Assembly: GCA_002189035.1 (NCBI GenBank)
Contig: NEEC01000044.1
Coordinates: forward strand, 1-64,000
Length of the DNA stretch: 64,000 nt
Direction of reading: 5' to 3'
Origin: Utricularia gibba
Lineage: Eukaryota > Plantae > Magnoliophyta
Made by a program: the position numbers and the translations under genes. Under the pieces are notes generated by a model. It was given only the letters and a program-made list of their open reading frames with translations, searched no databases and was not told the origin of the DNA. This document shows positions 39,596 to 54,161 of this stretch, piece after piece (the stretch's first letter is position 1; each line of letters starts with the position of its first letter).

Positions 39596-42500
39596 CACAC
39601 GCAAGCCTTCAGGTGAATCTACGTGACGATATTCATTCCAAGCTCCGTCGGATAGTGCCACCCTCGATAGCCAGCATATCAATGCTATCTTGACAGGCTG
39701 CTGACGGGAATCGACAGTCCCCGAGCTCACTTTTTGCTACATGGATTTAAAGAAGTTGAGTAGCTTATGTTTGTATGCAGAACACGAGAAGTCCCCATCC
39801 GTCGCAGAAAAGGGGCGTGGATAGATGTGAGTGTTGCCACTCCCTTCTCTATGACCTTAAAATCGTGTATTTGTGTGCTTCTTGCGGTTTGTCTTCAGAC
39901 CGGAATGTCCTTCTTCGAGGTTCACTTCATTGTGGTGCACTCGGGTTGTTCCGCTTGTATTTCCTCACGAGAGGAGATACGTTTGTGTCCTCCTTCACTT
40001 CATGGAAAGATGTGGGAGCACGCAGCAGATTATGGAGATTTGAAACAGAACACACATCACGAGGCAACCTAACGACGCAGCAACCAGCCCGACCTCGGTC
40101 TACCTGGAGCACCATCAATGAGCATGGCGTTGGAAGTGGCATACTCTACATGCAAAACGTAACCACCACCTCCTCTGACGTATGCTCGGTTCTCCTTGTA
40201 GGTGGAGTGGATGGTGGTCCCGATGACGCGCCTCCTACATGCACCTCGAACCACGCAGGTAATGCAAGCACACGCAACATCATGCGTCTTCACTCCACAG
40301 CAGGAGGCTCCATGCATGTTTCTAACAGCATCGATCATTCGCTCCCCTTCATTTCGAGCTTCACGAGATGGCTGGAATACCATCGAAACCCTGCATATCT
40401 TTCCTGGAGCACCCGCCCAAGTGCGACAAAGCTCCTATTTTCTTAGGACATCCGCGTCATGGCCATTCTTCGTCTCAACTTGTTTTCCCAGAGTGGGCTC
40501 GAAGGCGACGATCCGTTAACATGCAGCAAAGGAAGCCAACACTCGCCAACAGAAGGTCACGCTTTGCGGAAACCATGCTCTCTAAAAGGCATTGCATAAC
40601 AATCCGAACGAGCTCACCAGCAGGAACTCAGGGAACGTGAGTTGGGACATGATGAAAGGGAAGTATGAGGCGAATTCGCATTCCAATGTTATCACTATTT
40701 GCGATCCCAAAATTGAATCCAAAAGTTCGTAGCAGAGAGGCTGCAAAAAACTACAGAAATCGGTTCTCGAAGGCCGTACCAGCATTCCAACATGAGGGGC
40801 ACACGCAAAGGGATCCTTGGAGCAACAAACGGTGGTACGCATACGCGACCAGGGTTGCGCCCAAAGTCATCGATCCTGGATCGCGGCGTTGTGAACGTCG
40901 TTTTCACAATCGTGTAGCTGTGTAGAACCATTCAAGCTGTAGAATGCAAGGTGCGCCTACATGTCCGGTGGTTCGAAGGAGCGTTCATCCGCATGAGGTT
41001 TCTGCGAGTCCAAGGGTTGGAATGCAGTCAATTAGCCATGGGAGTAAGAAAAAAAGACGAACAAGTCGAGAAACCCTCCAAAAGGGCGCGGTGTCTAGAA
41101 CACCTCCTTTGAGAATGGAGGGCGGATGGAACTTGCTCCACATGCCGCGAATGGAGATATGCATACGAAAAAACACCAACATCGGGTCACCGACGTCGTT
41201 GCCAAGGAACTCTCTACAAGCACCGTGTGACGACCTCCTTTGCAGCTATTGGATCCCCCTGCGGAGTGTCTCCGTACCTCGAAAAAACGAGCTTTCTACG
41301 GTAGCTCGTTTTCAGGAGCGCATGGCTCTTGAAACTCAGCACATGGATTCGCAATGATGGCAAGGGAGAGCACGTCCAATGGCGTAGTTACCGCGCCGCA
41401 ATCGCATTCGAGGAGAAAAGAAGTTGTTTGGAAAAGAATTGGGCATCAAGGAAGACCGTTCAAATAGGCTCACGAAATTTGGAATTGGAGCAGCAGTACG
41501 TGTGACTTGTGTTGCTCCACCATTATGTGCGTCGATGGGTGTAGCGTGTTTGCGCAGTTTCACAAGGATACAGGGTGGCGAACAGTAGTTTGCAATAAGC
41601 ATGAAGCGGGGGGTACCGCTTGTGCACAAAAAGCTATAAAAGCTGTCCTTGTATAATTTCCCATGGGTATGAACCAGGTGCCGGGTTCACACGCAAGCCT
41701 TCAGGTGAATCTACGTGACGATATTCATTCCAAGCTCCGTCGGATAGTGCCACCCTCGATAGCCAGCATATCAATGCTATCTTGACAGGCTGCTGACGGG
41801 AATCGACAGTCCCCGAGCTCACTTTTTGCTACATGGATTTAAAGAAGTTGAGTAGCTTATGTTTGTATGCAGAACACGAGAAGTCCCCATCCGTCGCAGA
41901 AAAGGGGCGTGGATAGATGTGAGTGTTGCCACTCCCTTCTCTATGACCTTAAAATCGTGTATTTGTGTGCTTCTTGCGGTTTGTCTTCAGACCGGAATGT
42001 CCTTCTTCGAGGTTCACTTCATTGTGGTGCACTCGGGTTGTTCCGCTTGTATTTCCTCACGAGAGGAGATACGTTTGTGTCCTCCTTCACTTCATGGAAA
42101 GATGTGGGAGCACGCAGCAGATTATGGAGATTTGAAACAGAACACACATCACGAGGCAACCTAACGACGCAGCAACCAGCCCGACCTCGGTCTACCTGGA
42201 GCACCATCAATGAGCATGGCGTTGGAAGTGGCATACTCTACATGCAAAACGTAACCACCACCTCCTCTGACGTATGCTCGGTTCTCCTTGTAGGTGGAGT
42301 GGATGGTGGTCCCGATGACGCGCCTCCTACATGCACCTCGAACCACGCAGGTAATGCAAGCACACGCAACATCATGCGTCTTCACTCCACAGCAGGAGGC
42401 TCCATGCATGTTTCTAACAGCATCGATCATTCGCTCCCCTTCATTTCGAGCTTCACGAGATGGCTGGAATACCATCGAAACCCTGCATATCTTTCCTGGA

Positions 42501-45500
42501 GCACCCGCCCAAGTGCGACAAAGCTCCTATTTTCTTAGGACATCCGCGTCATGGCCATTCTTCGTCTCAACTTGTTTTCCCAGAGTGGGCTCGAAGGCGA
42601 CGATCCGTTAACATGCAGCAAAGGAAGCCAACACTCGCCAACAGAAGGTCACGCTTTGCGGAAACCATGCTCTCTAAAAGGCATTGCATAACAATCCGAA
42701 CGAGCTCACCAGCAGGAACTCAGGGAACGTGAGTTGGGACATGATGAAAGGGAAGTATGAGGCGAATTCGCATTCCAATGTTATCACTATTTGCGATCCC
42801 AAAATTGAATCCAAAAGTTCGTAGCAGAGAGGCTGCAAAAAACTACAGAAATCGGTTCTCGAAGGCCGTACCAGCATTCCAACATGAGGGGCACACGCAA
42901 AGGGATCCTTGGAGCAACAAACGGTGGTACGCATACGCGACCAGGGTTGCGCCCAAAGTCATCGATCCTGGATCGCGGCGTTGTGAACGTCGTTTTCACA
43001 ATCGTGTAGCTGTGTAGAACCATTCAAGCTGTAGAATGCAAGGTGCGCCTACATGTCCGGTGGTTCGAAGGAGCGTTCATCCGCATGAGGTTTCTGCGAG
43101 TCCAAGGGTTGGAATGCAGTCAATTAGCCATGGGAGTAAGAAAAAAAGACGAACAAGTCGAGAAACCCTCCAAAAGGGCGCGGTGTCTAGAACACCTCCT
43201 TTGAGAATGGAGGGCGGATGGAACTTGCTCCACATGCCGCGAATGGAGATATGCATACGAAAAAACACCAACATCGGGTCACCGACGTCGTTGCCAAGGA
43301 ACTCTCTACAAGCACCGTGTGACGACCTCCTTTGCAGCTATTGGATCCCCCTGCGGAGTGTCTCCGTACCTCGAAAAAACGAGCTTTCTACGGTAGCTCG
43401 TTTTCAGGAGCGCATGGCTCTTGAAACTCAGCACATGGATTCGCAATGATGGCAAGGGAGAGCACGTCCAATGGCGTAGTTACCGCGCCGCAATCGCATT
43501 CGAGGAGAAAAGAAGTTGTTTGGAAAAGAATTGGGCATCAAGGAAGACCGTTCAAATAGGCTCACGAAATTTGGAATTGGAGCAGCAGTACGTGTGACTT
43601 GTGTTGCTCCACCATTATGTGCGTCGATGGGTGTAGCGTGTTTGCGCAGTTTCACAAGGATACAGGGTGGCGAACAGTAGTTTGCAATAAGCATGAAGCG
43701 GGGGGTACCGCTTGTGCACAAAAAGCTATAAAAGCTGTCCTTGTATAATTTCCCATGGGTATGAACCAGGTGCCGGGTTCACACGCAAGCCTTCAGGTGA
43801 ATCTACGTGACGATATTCATTCCAAGCTCCGTCGGATAGTGCCACCCTCGATAGCCAGCATATCAATGCTATCTTGACAGGCTGCTGACGGGAATCGACA
43901 GTCCCCGAGCTCACTTTTTGCTACATGGATTTAAAGAAGTTGAGTAGCTTATGTTTGTATGCAGAACACGAGAAGTCCCCATCCGTCGCAGAAAAGGGGC
44001 GTGGATAGATGTGAGTGTTGCCACTCCCTTCTCTATGACCTTAAAATCGTGTATTTGTGTGCTTCTTGCGGTTTGTCTTCAGACCGGAATGTCCTTCTTC
44101 GAGGTTCACTTCATTGTGGTGCACTCGGGTTGTTCCGCTTGTATTTCCTCACGAGAGGAGATACGTTTGTGTCCTCCTTCACTTCATGGAAAGATGTGGG
44201 AGCACGCAGCAGATTATGGAGATTTGAAACAGAACACACATCACGAGGCAACCTAACGACGCAGCAACCAGCCCGACCTCGGTCTACCTGGAGCACCATC
44301 AATGAGCATGGCGTTGGAAGTGGCATACTCTACATGCAAAACGTAACCACCACCTCCTCTGACGTATGCTCGGTTCTCCTTGTAGGTGGAGTGGATGGTG
44401 GTCCCGATGACGCGCCTCCTACATGCACCTCGAACCACGCAGGTAATGCAAGCACACGCAACATCATGCGTCTTCACTCCACAGCAGGAGGCTCCATGCA
44501 TGTTTCTAACAGCATCGATCATTCGCTCCCCTTCATTTCGAGCTTCACGAGATGGCTGGAATACCATCGAAACCCTGCATATCTTTCCTGGAGCACCCGC
44601 CCAAGTGCGACAAAGCTCCTATTTTCTTAGGACATCCGCGTCATGGCCATTCTTCGTCTCAACTTGTTTTCCCAGAGTGGGCTCGAAGGCGACGATCCGT
44701 TAACATGCAGCAAAGGAAGCCAACACTCGCCAACAGAAGGTCACGCTTTGCGGAAACCATGCTCTCTAAAAGGCATTGCATAACAATCCGAACGAGCTCA
44801 CCAGCAGGAACTCAGGGAACGTGAGTTGGGACATGATGAAAGGGAAGTATGAGGCGAATTCGCATTCCAATGTTATCACTATTTGCGATCCCAAAATTGA
44901 ATCCAAAAGTTCGTAGCAGAGAGGCTGCAAAAAACTACAGAAATCGGTTCTCGAAGGCCGTACCAGCATTCCAACATGAGGGGCACACGCAAAGGGATCC
45001 TTGGAGCAACAAACGGTGGTACGCATACGCGACCAGGGTTGCGCCCAAAGTCATCGATCCTGGATCGCGGCGTTGTGAACGTCGTTTTCACAATCGTGTA
45101 GCTGTGTAGAACCATTCAAGCTGTAGAATGCAAGGTGCGCCTACATGTCCGGTGGTTCGAAGGAGCGTTCATCCGCATGAGGTTTCTGCGAGTCCAAGGG
45201 TTGGAATGCAGTCAATTAGCCATGGGAGTAAGAAAAAAAGACGAACAAGTCGAGAAACCCTCCAAAAGGGCGCGGTGTCTAGAACACCTCCTTTGAGAAT
45301 GGAGGGCGGATGGAACTTGCTCCACATGCCGCGAATGGAGATATGCATACGAAAAAACACCAACATCGGGTCACCGACGTCGTTGCCAAGGAACTCTCTA
45401 CAAGCACCGTGTGACGACCTCCTTTGCAGCTATTGGATCCCCCTGCGGAGTGTCTCCGTACCTCGAAAAAACGAGCTTTCTACGGTAGCTCGTTTTCAGG

Positions 45501-48500
45501 AGCGCATGGCTCTTGAAACTCAGCACATGGATTCGCAATGATGGCAAGGGAGAGCACGTCCAATGGCGTAGTTACCGCGCCGCAATCGCATTCGAGGAGA
45601 AAAGAAGTTGTTTGGAAAAGAATTGGGCATCAAGGAAGACCGTTCAAATAGGCTCACGAAATTTGGAATTGGAGCAGCAGTACGTGTGACTTGTGTTGCT
45701 CCACCATTATGTGCGTCGATGGGTGTAGCGTGTTTGCGCAGTTTCACAAGGATACAGGGTGGCGAACAGTAGTTTGCAATAAGCATGAAGCGGGGGGTAC
45801 CGCTTGTGCACAAAAAGCTATAAAAGCTGTCCTTGTATAATTTCCCATGGGTATGAACCAGGTGCCGGGTTCACACGCAAGCCTTCAGGTGAATCTACGT
45901 GACGATATTCATTCCAAGCTCCGTCGGATAGTGCCACCCTCGATAGCCAGCATATCAATGCTATCTTGACAGGCTGCTGACGGGAATCGACAGTCCCCGA
46001 GCTCACTTTTTGCTACATGGATTTAAAGAAGTTGAGTAGCTTATGTTTGTATGCAGAACACGAGAAGTCCCCATCCGTCGCAGAAAAGGGGCGTGGATAG
46101 ATGTGAGTGTTGCCACTCCCTTCTCTATGACCTTAAAATCGTGTATTTGTGTGCTTCTTGCGGTTTGTCTTCAGACCGGAATGTCCTTCTTCGAGGTTCA
46201 CTTCATTGTGGTGCACTCGGGTTGTTCCGCTTGTATTTCCTCACGAGAGGAGATACGTTTGTGTCCTCCTTCACTTCATGGAAAGATGTGGGAGCACGCA
46301 GCAGATTATGGAGATTTGAAACAGAACACACATCACGAGGCAACCTAACGACGCAGCAACCAGCCCGACCTCGGTCTACCTGGAGCACCATCAATGAGCA
46401 TGGCGTTGGAAGTGGCATACTCTACATGCAAAACGTAACCACCACCTCCTCTGACGTATGCTCGGTTCTCCTTGTAGGTGGAGTGGATGGTGGTCCCGAT
46501 GACGCGCCTCCTACATGCACCTCGAACCACGCAGGTAATGCAAGCACACGCAACATCATGCGTCTTCACTCCACAGCAGGAGGCTCCATGCATGTTTCTA
46601 ACAGCATCGATCATTCGCTCCCCTTCATTTCGAGCTTCACGAGATGGCTGGAATACCATCGAAACCCTGCATATCTTTCCTGGAGCACCCGCCCAAGTGC
46701 GACAAAGCTCCTATTTTCTTAGGACATCCGCGTCATGGCCATTCTTCGTCTCAACTTGTTTTCCCAGAGTGGGCTCGAAGGCGACGATCCGTTAACATGC
46801 AGCAAAGGAAGCCAACACTCGCCAACAGAAGGTCACGCTTTGCGGAAACCATGCTCTCTAAAAGGCATTGCATAACAATCCGAACGAGCTCACCAGCAGG
46901 AACTCAGGGAACGTGAGTTGGGACATGATGAAAGGGAAGTATGAGGCGAATTCGCATTCCAATGTTATCACTATTTGCGATCCCAAAATTGAATCCAAAA
47001 GTTCGTAGCAGAGAGGCTGCAAAAAACTACAGAAATCGGTTCTCGAAGGCCGTACCAGCATTCCAACATGAGGGGCACACGCAAAGGGATCCTTGGAGCA
47101 ACAAACGGTGGTACGCATACGCGACCAGGGTTGCGCCCAAAGTCATCGATCCTGGATCGCGGCGTTGTGAACGTCGTTTTCACAATCGTGTAGCTGTGTA
47201 GAACCATTCAAGCTGTAGAATGCAAGGTGCGCCTACATGTCCGGTGGTTCGAAGGAGCGTTCATCCGCATGAGGTTTCTGCGAGTCCAAGGGTTGGAATG
47301 CAGTCAATTAGCCATGGGAGTAAGAAAAAAAGACGAACAAGTCGAGAAACCCTCCAAAAGGGCGCGGTGTCTAGAACACCTCCTTTGAGAATGGAGGGCG
47401 GATGGAACTTGCTCCACATGCCGCGAATGGAGATATGCATACGAAAAAACACCAACATCGGGTCACCGACGTCGTTGCCAAGGAACTCTCTACAAGCACC
47501 GTGTGACGACCTCCTTTGCAGCTATTGGATCCCCCTGCGGAGTGTCTCCGTACCTCGAAAAAACGAGCTTTCTACGGTAGCTCGTTTTCAGGAGCGCATG
47601 GCTCTTGAAACTCAGCACATGGATTCGCAATGATGGCAAGGGAGAGCACGTCCAATGGCGTAGTTACCGCGCCGCAATCGCATTCGAGGAGAAAAGAAGT
47701 TGTTTGGAAAAGAATTGGGCATCAAGGAAGACCGTTCAAATAGGCTCACGAAATTTGGAATTGGAGCAGCAGTACGTGTGACTTGTGTTGCTCCACCATT
47801 ATGTGCGTCGATGGGTGTAGCGTGTTTGCGCAGTTTCACAAGGATACAGGGTGGCGAACAGTAGTTTGCAATAAGCATGAAGCGGGGGGTACCGCTTGTG
47901 CACAAAAAGCTATAAAAGCTGTCCTTGTATAATTTCCCATGGGTATGAACCAGGTGCCGGGTTCACACGCAAGCCTTCAGGTGAATCTACGTGACGATAT
48001 TCATTCCAAGCTCCGTCGGATAGTGCCACCCTCGATAGCCAGCATATCAATGCTATCTTGACAGGCTGCTGACGGGAATCGACAGTCCCCGAGCTCACTT
48101 TTTGCTACATGGATTTAAAGAAGTTGAGTAGCTTATGTTTGTATGCAGAACACGAGAAGTCCCCATCCGTCGCAGAAAAGGGGCGTGGATAGATGTGAGT
48201 GTTGCCACTCCCTTCTCTATGACCTTAAAATCGTGTATTTGTGTGCTTCTTGCGGTTTGTCTTCAGACCGGAATGTCCTTCTTCGAGGTTCACTTCATTG
48301 TGGTGCACTCGGGTTGTTCCGCTTGTATTTCCTCACGAGAGGAGATACGTTTGTGTCCTCCTTCACTTCATGGAAAGATGTGGGAGCACGCAGCAGATTA
48401 TGGAGATTTGAAACAGAACACACATCACGAGGCAACCTAACGACGCAGCAACCAGCCCGACCTCGGTCTACCTGGAGCACCATCAATGAGCATGGCGTTG

Positions 48501-50055
48501 GAAGTGGCATACTCTACATGCAAAACGTAACCACCACCTCCTCTGACGTATGCTCGGTTCTCCTTGTAGGTGGAGTGGATGGTGGTCCCGATGACGCGCC
48601 TCCTACATGCACCTCGAACCACGCAGGTAATGCAAGCACACGCAACATCATGCGTCTTCACTCCACAGCAGGAGGCTCCATGCATGTTTCTAACAGCATC
48701 GATCATTCGCTCCCCTTCATTTCGAGCTTCACGAGATGGCTGGAATACCATCGAAACCCTGCATATCTTTCCTGGAGCACCCGCCCAAGTGCGACAAAGC
48801 TCCTATTTTCTTAGGACATCCGCGTCATGGCCATTCTTCGTCTCAACTTGTTTTCCCAGAGTGGGCTCGAAGGCGACGATCCGTTAACATGCAGCAAAGG
48901 AAGCCAACACTCGCCAACAGAAGGTCACGCTTTGCGGAAACCATGCTCTCTAAAAGGCATTGCATAACAATCCGAACGAGCTCACCAGCAGGAACTCAGG
49001 GAACGTGAGTTGGGACATGATGAAAGGGAAGTATGAGGCGAATTCGCATTCCAATGTTATCACTATTTGCGATCCCAAAATTGAATCCAAAAGTTCGTAG
49101 CAGAGAGGCTGCAAAAAACTACAGAAATCGGTTCTCGAAGGCCGTACCAGCATTCCAACATGAGGGGCACACGCAAAGGGATCCTTGGAGCAACAAACGG
49201 TGGTACGCATACGCGACCAGGGTTGCGCCCAAAGTCATCGATCCTGGATCGCGGCGTTGTGAACGTCGTTTTCACAATCGTGTAGCTGTGTAGAACCATT
49301 CAAGCTGTAGAATGCAAGGTGCGCCTACATGTCCGGTGGTTCGAAGGAGCGTTCATCCGCATGAGGTTTCTGCGAGTCCAAGGGTTGGAATGCAGTCAAT
49401 TAGCCATGGGAGTAAGAAAAAAAGACGAACAAGTCGAGAAACCCTCCAAAAGGGCGCGGTGTCTAGAACACCTCCTTTGAGAATGGAGGGCGGATGGAAC
49501 TTGCTCCACATGCCGCGAATGGAGATATGCATACGAAAAAACACCAACATCGGGTCACCGACGTCGTTGCCAAGGAACTCTCTACAAGCACCGTGTGACG
49601 ACCTCCTTTGCAGCTATTGGATCCCCCTGCGGAGTGTCTCCGTACCTCGAAAAAACGAGCTTTCTACGGTAGCTCGTTTTCAGGAGCGCATGGCTCTTGA
49701 AACTCAGCACATGGATTCGCAATGATGGCAAGGGAGAGCACGTCCAATGGCGTAGTTACCGCGCCGCAATCGCATTCGAGGAGAAAAGAAGTTGTTTGGA
49801 AAAGAATTGGGCATCAAGGAAGACCGTTCAAATAGGCTCACGAAATTTGGAATTGGAGCAGCAGTACGTGTGACTTGTGTTGCTCCACCATTATGTGCGT
49901 CGATGGGTGTAGCGTGTTTGCGCAGTTTCACAAGGATACAGGGTGGCGAACAGTAGTTTGCAATAAGCATGAAGCGGGGGGTACCGCTTGTGCACAAAAA
50001 GCTATAAAAGCTGTCCTTGTATAATTTCCCATGGGTATGAACCAGGTGCCGGGTT

Positions 50056-52100
50056 CACACGCAAGCCTTCAGGTGAATCTACGTGACGATATTCATTCCA
50101 AGCTCCGTCGGATAGTGCCACCCTCGATAGCCAGCATATCAATGCTATCTTGACAGGCTGCTGACGGGAATCGACAGTCCCCGAGCTCACTTTTTGCTAC
50201 ATGGATTTAAAGAAGTTGAGTAGCTTATGTTTGTATGCAGAACACGAGAAGTCCCCATCCGTCGCAGAAAAGGGGCGTGGATAGATGTGAGTGTTGCCAC
50301 TCCCTTCTCTATGACCTTAAAATCGTGTATTTGTGTGCTTCTTGCGGTTTGTCTTCAGACCGGAATGTCCTTCTTCGAGGTTCACTTCATTGTGGTGCAC
50401 TCGGGTTGTTCCGCTTGTATTTCCTCACGAGAGGAGATACGTTTGTGTCCTCCTTCACTTCATGGAAAGATGTGGGAGCACGCAGCAGATTATGGAGATT
50501 TGAAACAGAACACACATCACGAGGCAACCTAACGACGCAGCAACCAGCCCGACCTCGGTCTACCTGGAGCACCATCAATGAGCATGGCGTTGGAAGTGGC
50601 ATACTCTACATGCAAAACGTAACCACCACCTCCTCTGACGTATGCTCGGTTCTCCTTGTAGGTGGAGTGGATGGTGGTCCCGATGACGCGCCTCCTACAT
50701 GCACCTCGAACCACGCAGGTAATGCAAGCACACGCAACATCATGCGTCTTCACTCCACAGCAGGAGGCTCCATGCATGTTTCTAACAGCATCGATCATTC
50801 GCTCCCCTTCATTTCGAGCTTCACGAGATGGCTGGAATACCATCGAAACCCTGCATATCTTTCCTGGAGCACCCGCCCAAGTGCGACAAAGCTCCTATTT
50901 TCTTAGGACATCCGCGTCATGGCCATTCTTCGTCTCAACTTGTTTTCCCAGAGTGGGCTCGAAGGCGACGATCCGTTAACATGCAGCAAAGGAAGCCAAC
51001 ACTCGCCAACAGAAGGTCACGCTTTGCGGAAACCATGCTCTCTAAAAGGCATTGCATAACAATCCGAACGAGCTCACCAGCAGGAACTCAGGGAACGTGA
51101 GTTGGGACATGATGAAAGGGAAGTATGAGGCGAATTCGCATTCCAATGTTATCACTATTTGCGATCCTACAGAAATCGGTTCTCGAAGGCCGTACCAGCA
51201 TTCCAACATGAGGGGCACACGCAAAGGGATCCTTGGAGCAACAAACGGTGGTACGCATACGCGACCAGGGTTGCGCCCAAAGTCATCGATCCTGGATCGC
51301 GGCGTTGTGAACGTCGTTTTCACAATCGTGTAGCTGTGTAGAACCATTCAAGCTGTAGAATGCAAGGTGCGCCTACATGTCCGGTGGTTCGAAGGAGCGT
51401 TCATCCGCATGAGGTTTCTGCGAGTCCAAGGGTTGGAATGCAGTCAATTAGCCATGGGAGTAAGAAAAAAAGACGAACAAGTCGAGAAACCCTCCAAAAG
51501 GGCGCGGTGTCTAGAACACCTCCTTTGAGAATGGAGGGCGGATGGAACTTGCTCCACATGCCGCGAATGGAGATATGCATACGAAAAAACACCAACATCG
51601 GGTCACCGACGTCGTTGCCAAGGAACTCTCTACAAGCACCGTGTGACGACCTCCTTTGCAGCTATTGGATCCCCCTGCGGAGTGTCTCCGTACCTCGAAA
51701 AAACGAGCTTTCTACGGTAGCTCGTTTTCAGGAGCGCATGGCTCTTGAAACTCAGCACATGGATTCGCAATGATGGCAAGGGAGAGCACGTCCAATGGCG
51801 TAGTTACCGCGCCGCAATCGCATTCGAGGAGAAAAGAAGTTGTTTGGAAAAGAATTGGGCATCAAGGAAGACCGTTCAAATAGGCTCACGAAATTTGGAA
51901 TTGGAGCAGCAGTACGTGTGACTTGTGTTGCTCCACCATTATGTGCGTCGATGGGTGTAGCGTGTTTGCGCAGTTTCACAAGGATACAGGGTGGCGAACA
52001 GTAGTTTGCAATAAGCATGAAGCGGGGGGTACCGCTTGTGCACAAAAAGCTATAAAAGCTGTCCTTGTATAATTTCCCATGATGAACCAGGTGCCGGGTT
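50056..52100. repeat. Variant copy 25 (2,045 bp): 44-bp deletion (51167/51168) and 3-bp deletion (52081/52082)
   Basis: GCGATCC|TACAGAAATC (44 bp lost) and CCCATG|ATGAACC (GGT lost). The losses sum to 47, matching the next marker at 52101. Confidence 0.95.
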
Positions 52101-54161
52101 CACACGCAAGCCTTCAGGTGAATCTACGTGACGATATTCATTCCAAGCTCCGTCGGATAGTGCCACCCTCGATAGCCAGCATATCAATGCTATCTTGACA
52201 GGCTGCTGACGGGAATCGACAGTCCCCGAGCTCACTTTTTGCTACATGGATTTAAAGAAGTTGAGTAGCTTATGTTTGTATGCAGAACACGAGAAGTCCC
52301 CATCCGTCGCACCACTCCCTTCTCTATGACCTTAAAATCGTGTATTTGTGTGCTTCTTGCGGTTTGTCTTCAGACCGGAATGTCCTTCTTCGAGGTTCAC
52401 TTCATTGTGGTGCACTCGGGTTGTTCCGCTTGTATTTCCTCACGAGAGGAGATACGTTTGTGTCCTCCTTCACTTCATGGAAAGATGTGGGAGCACGCAG
52501 CAGATTATGGAGATTTGAAACAGAACACACATCACGAGGCAACCTAACGACGCAGCAACCAGCCCGACCTCGGTCTACCTGGAGCACCATCAATGAGCAT
52601 GGCGTTGGAAGTGGCATACTCTACATGCAAAACGTAACCACCACCTCCTCTGACGTATGCTCGGTTCTCCTTGTAGGTGGAGTGGATGGTGGTCCCGATG
52701 ACGCGCCTCCTACATGCACCTCGAACCACGCAGGTAATGCAAGCACACGCAACATCATGCGTCTTCACTCCACAGCAGGAGGCTCCATGCATGTTTCTAA
52801 CAGCATCGATCATTCGCTCCCCTTCATTTCGAGCTTCACGAGATGGCTGGAATACCATCGAAACCCTGCATATCTTTCCTGGAGCACCCGCCCAAGTGCG
52901 ACAAAGCTCCTATTTTCTTAGGACATCCGCGTCATGGCCATTCTTCGTCTCAACTTGTTTTCCCAGAGTGGGCTCGAAGGCGACGATCCGTTAACATGCA
53001 GCAAAGGAAGCCAACACTCGCCAACAGAAGGTCACGCTTTGCGGAAACCATGCTCTCTAAAAGGCATTGCATAACAATCCGAACGAGCTCACCAGCAGGA
53101 ACTCAGGGAACGTGAGTTGGGACATGATGAAAGGGAAGTATGAGGCGAATTCGCATTCCAATGTTATCACTATTTGCGATCCCAAAATTGAATCCAAAAG
53201 TTCGTAGCAGAGAGGCTGCAAAAAACTACAGAAATCGGTTCTCGAAGGCCGTACCAGCATTCCAACATGAGGGGCACACGCAAAGGGATCCTTGGAGCAA
53301 CAAACGGTGGTACGCATACGCGACCAGGGTTGCGCCCAAAGTCATCGATCCTGGATCGCGGCGTTGTGAACGTCGTTTTCACAATCGTGTAGCTGTGTAG
53401 AACCATTCAAGCTGTAGAATGCAAGGTGCGCCTACATGTCCGGTGGTTCGAAGGAGCGTTCATCCGCATGAGGTTTCTGCGAGTCCAAGGGTTGGAATGC
53501 AGTCAATTAGCCATGGGAGTAAGAAAAAAAGACGAACAAGTCGAGAAACCCTCCAAAAGGGCGCGGTGTCTAGAACACCTCCTTTGAGAATGGAGGGCGG
53601 ATGGAACTTGCTCCACATGCCGCGAATGGAGATATGCATACGAAAAAACACCAACATCGGGTCACCGACGTCGTTGCCAAGGAACTCTCTACAAGCACCG
53701 TGTGACGACCTCCTTTGCAGCTATTGGATCCCCCTGCGGAGTGTCTCCGTACCTCGAAAAAACGAGCTTTCTACGGTAGCTCGTTTTCAGGAGCGCATGG
53801 CTCTTGAAACTCAGCACATGGATTCGCAATGATGGCAAGGGAGAGCACGTCCAATGGCGTAGTTACCGCGCCGCAATCGCATTCGAGGAGAAAAGAAGTT
53901 GTTTGGAAAAGAATTGGGCATCAAGGAAGACCGTTCAAATAGGCTCACGAAATTTGGAATTGGAGCAGCAGTACGTGTGACTTGTGTTGCTCCACCATTA
54001 TGTGCGTCGATGGGTGTAGCGTGTTTGCGCAGTTTCACAAGGATACAGGGTGGCGAACAGTAGTTTGCAATAAGCATGAAGCGGGGGTACCGCTTGTGCA
54101 CAAAAAGCTATAAAAGCTGTCCTTGTATAATTTCCCATGGGTATGAACCAGGTGCCGGGTT
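52101..54161. repeat. Variant copy 26 (2,061 bp): 30-bp deletion (52311/52312) and G6 to G5 (54083-54087)
   Basis: CCGTCGCA|CCACTCCC lacks GAAAAGGGGCGTGGATAGATGTGAGTGTTG; the 223-aa ORF becomes 213 aa; the next marker is at 54162. Confidence 0.95.

Noticed and set aside
1-54161. Higher-order repeat of 12-13 units
   Set aside because: The variant zones carry different deletions. Only the G5 variant is shared, and it also occurs off-period in copies 19 and 28.
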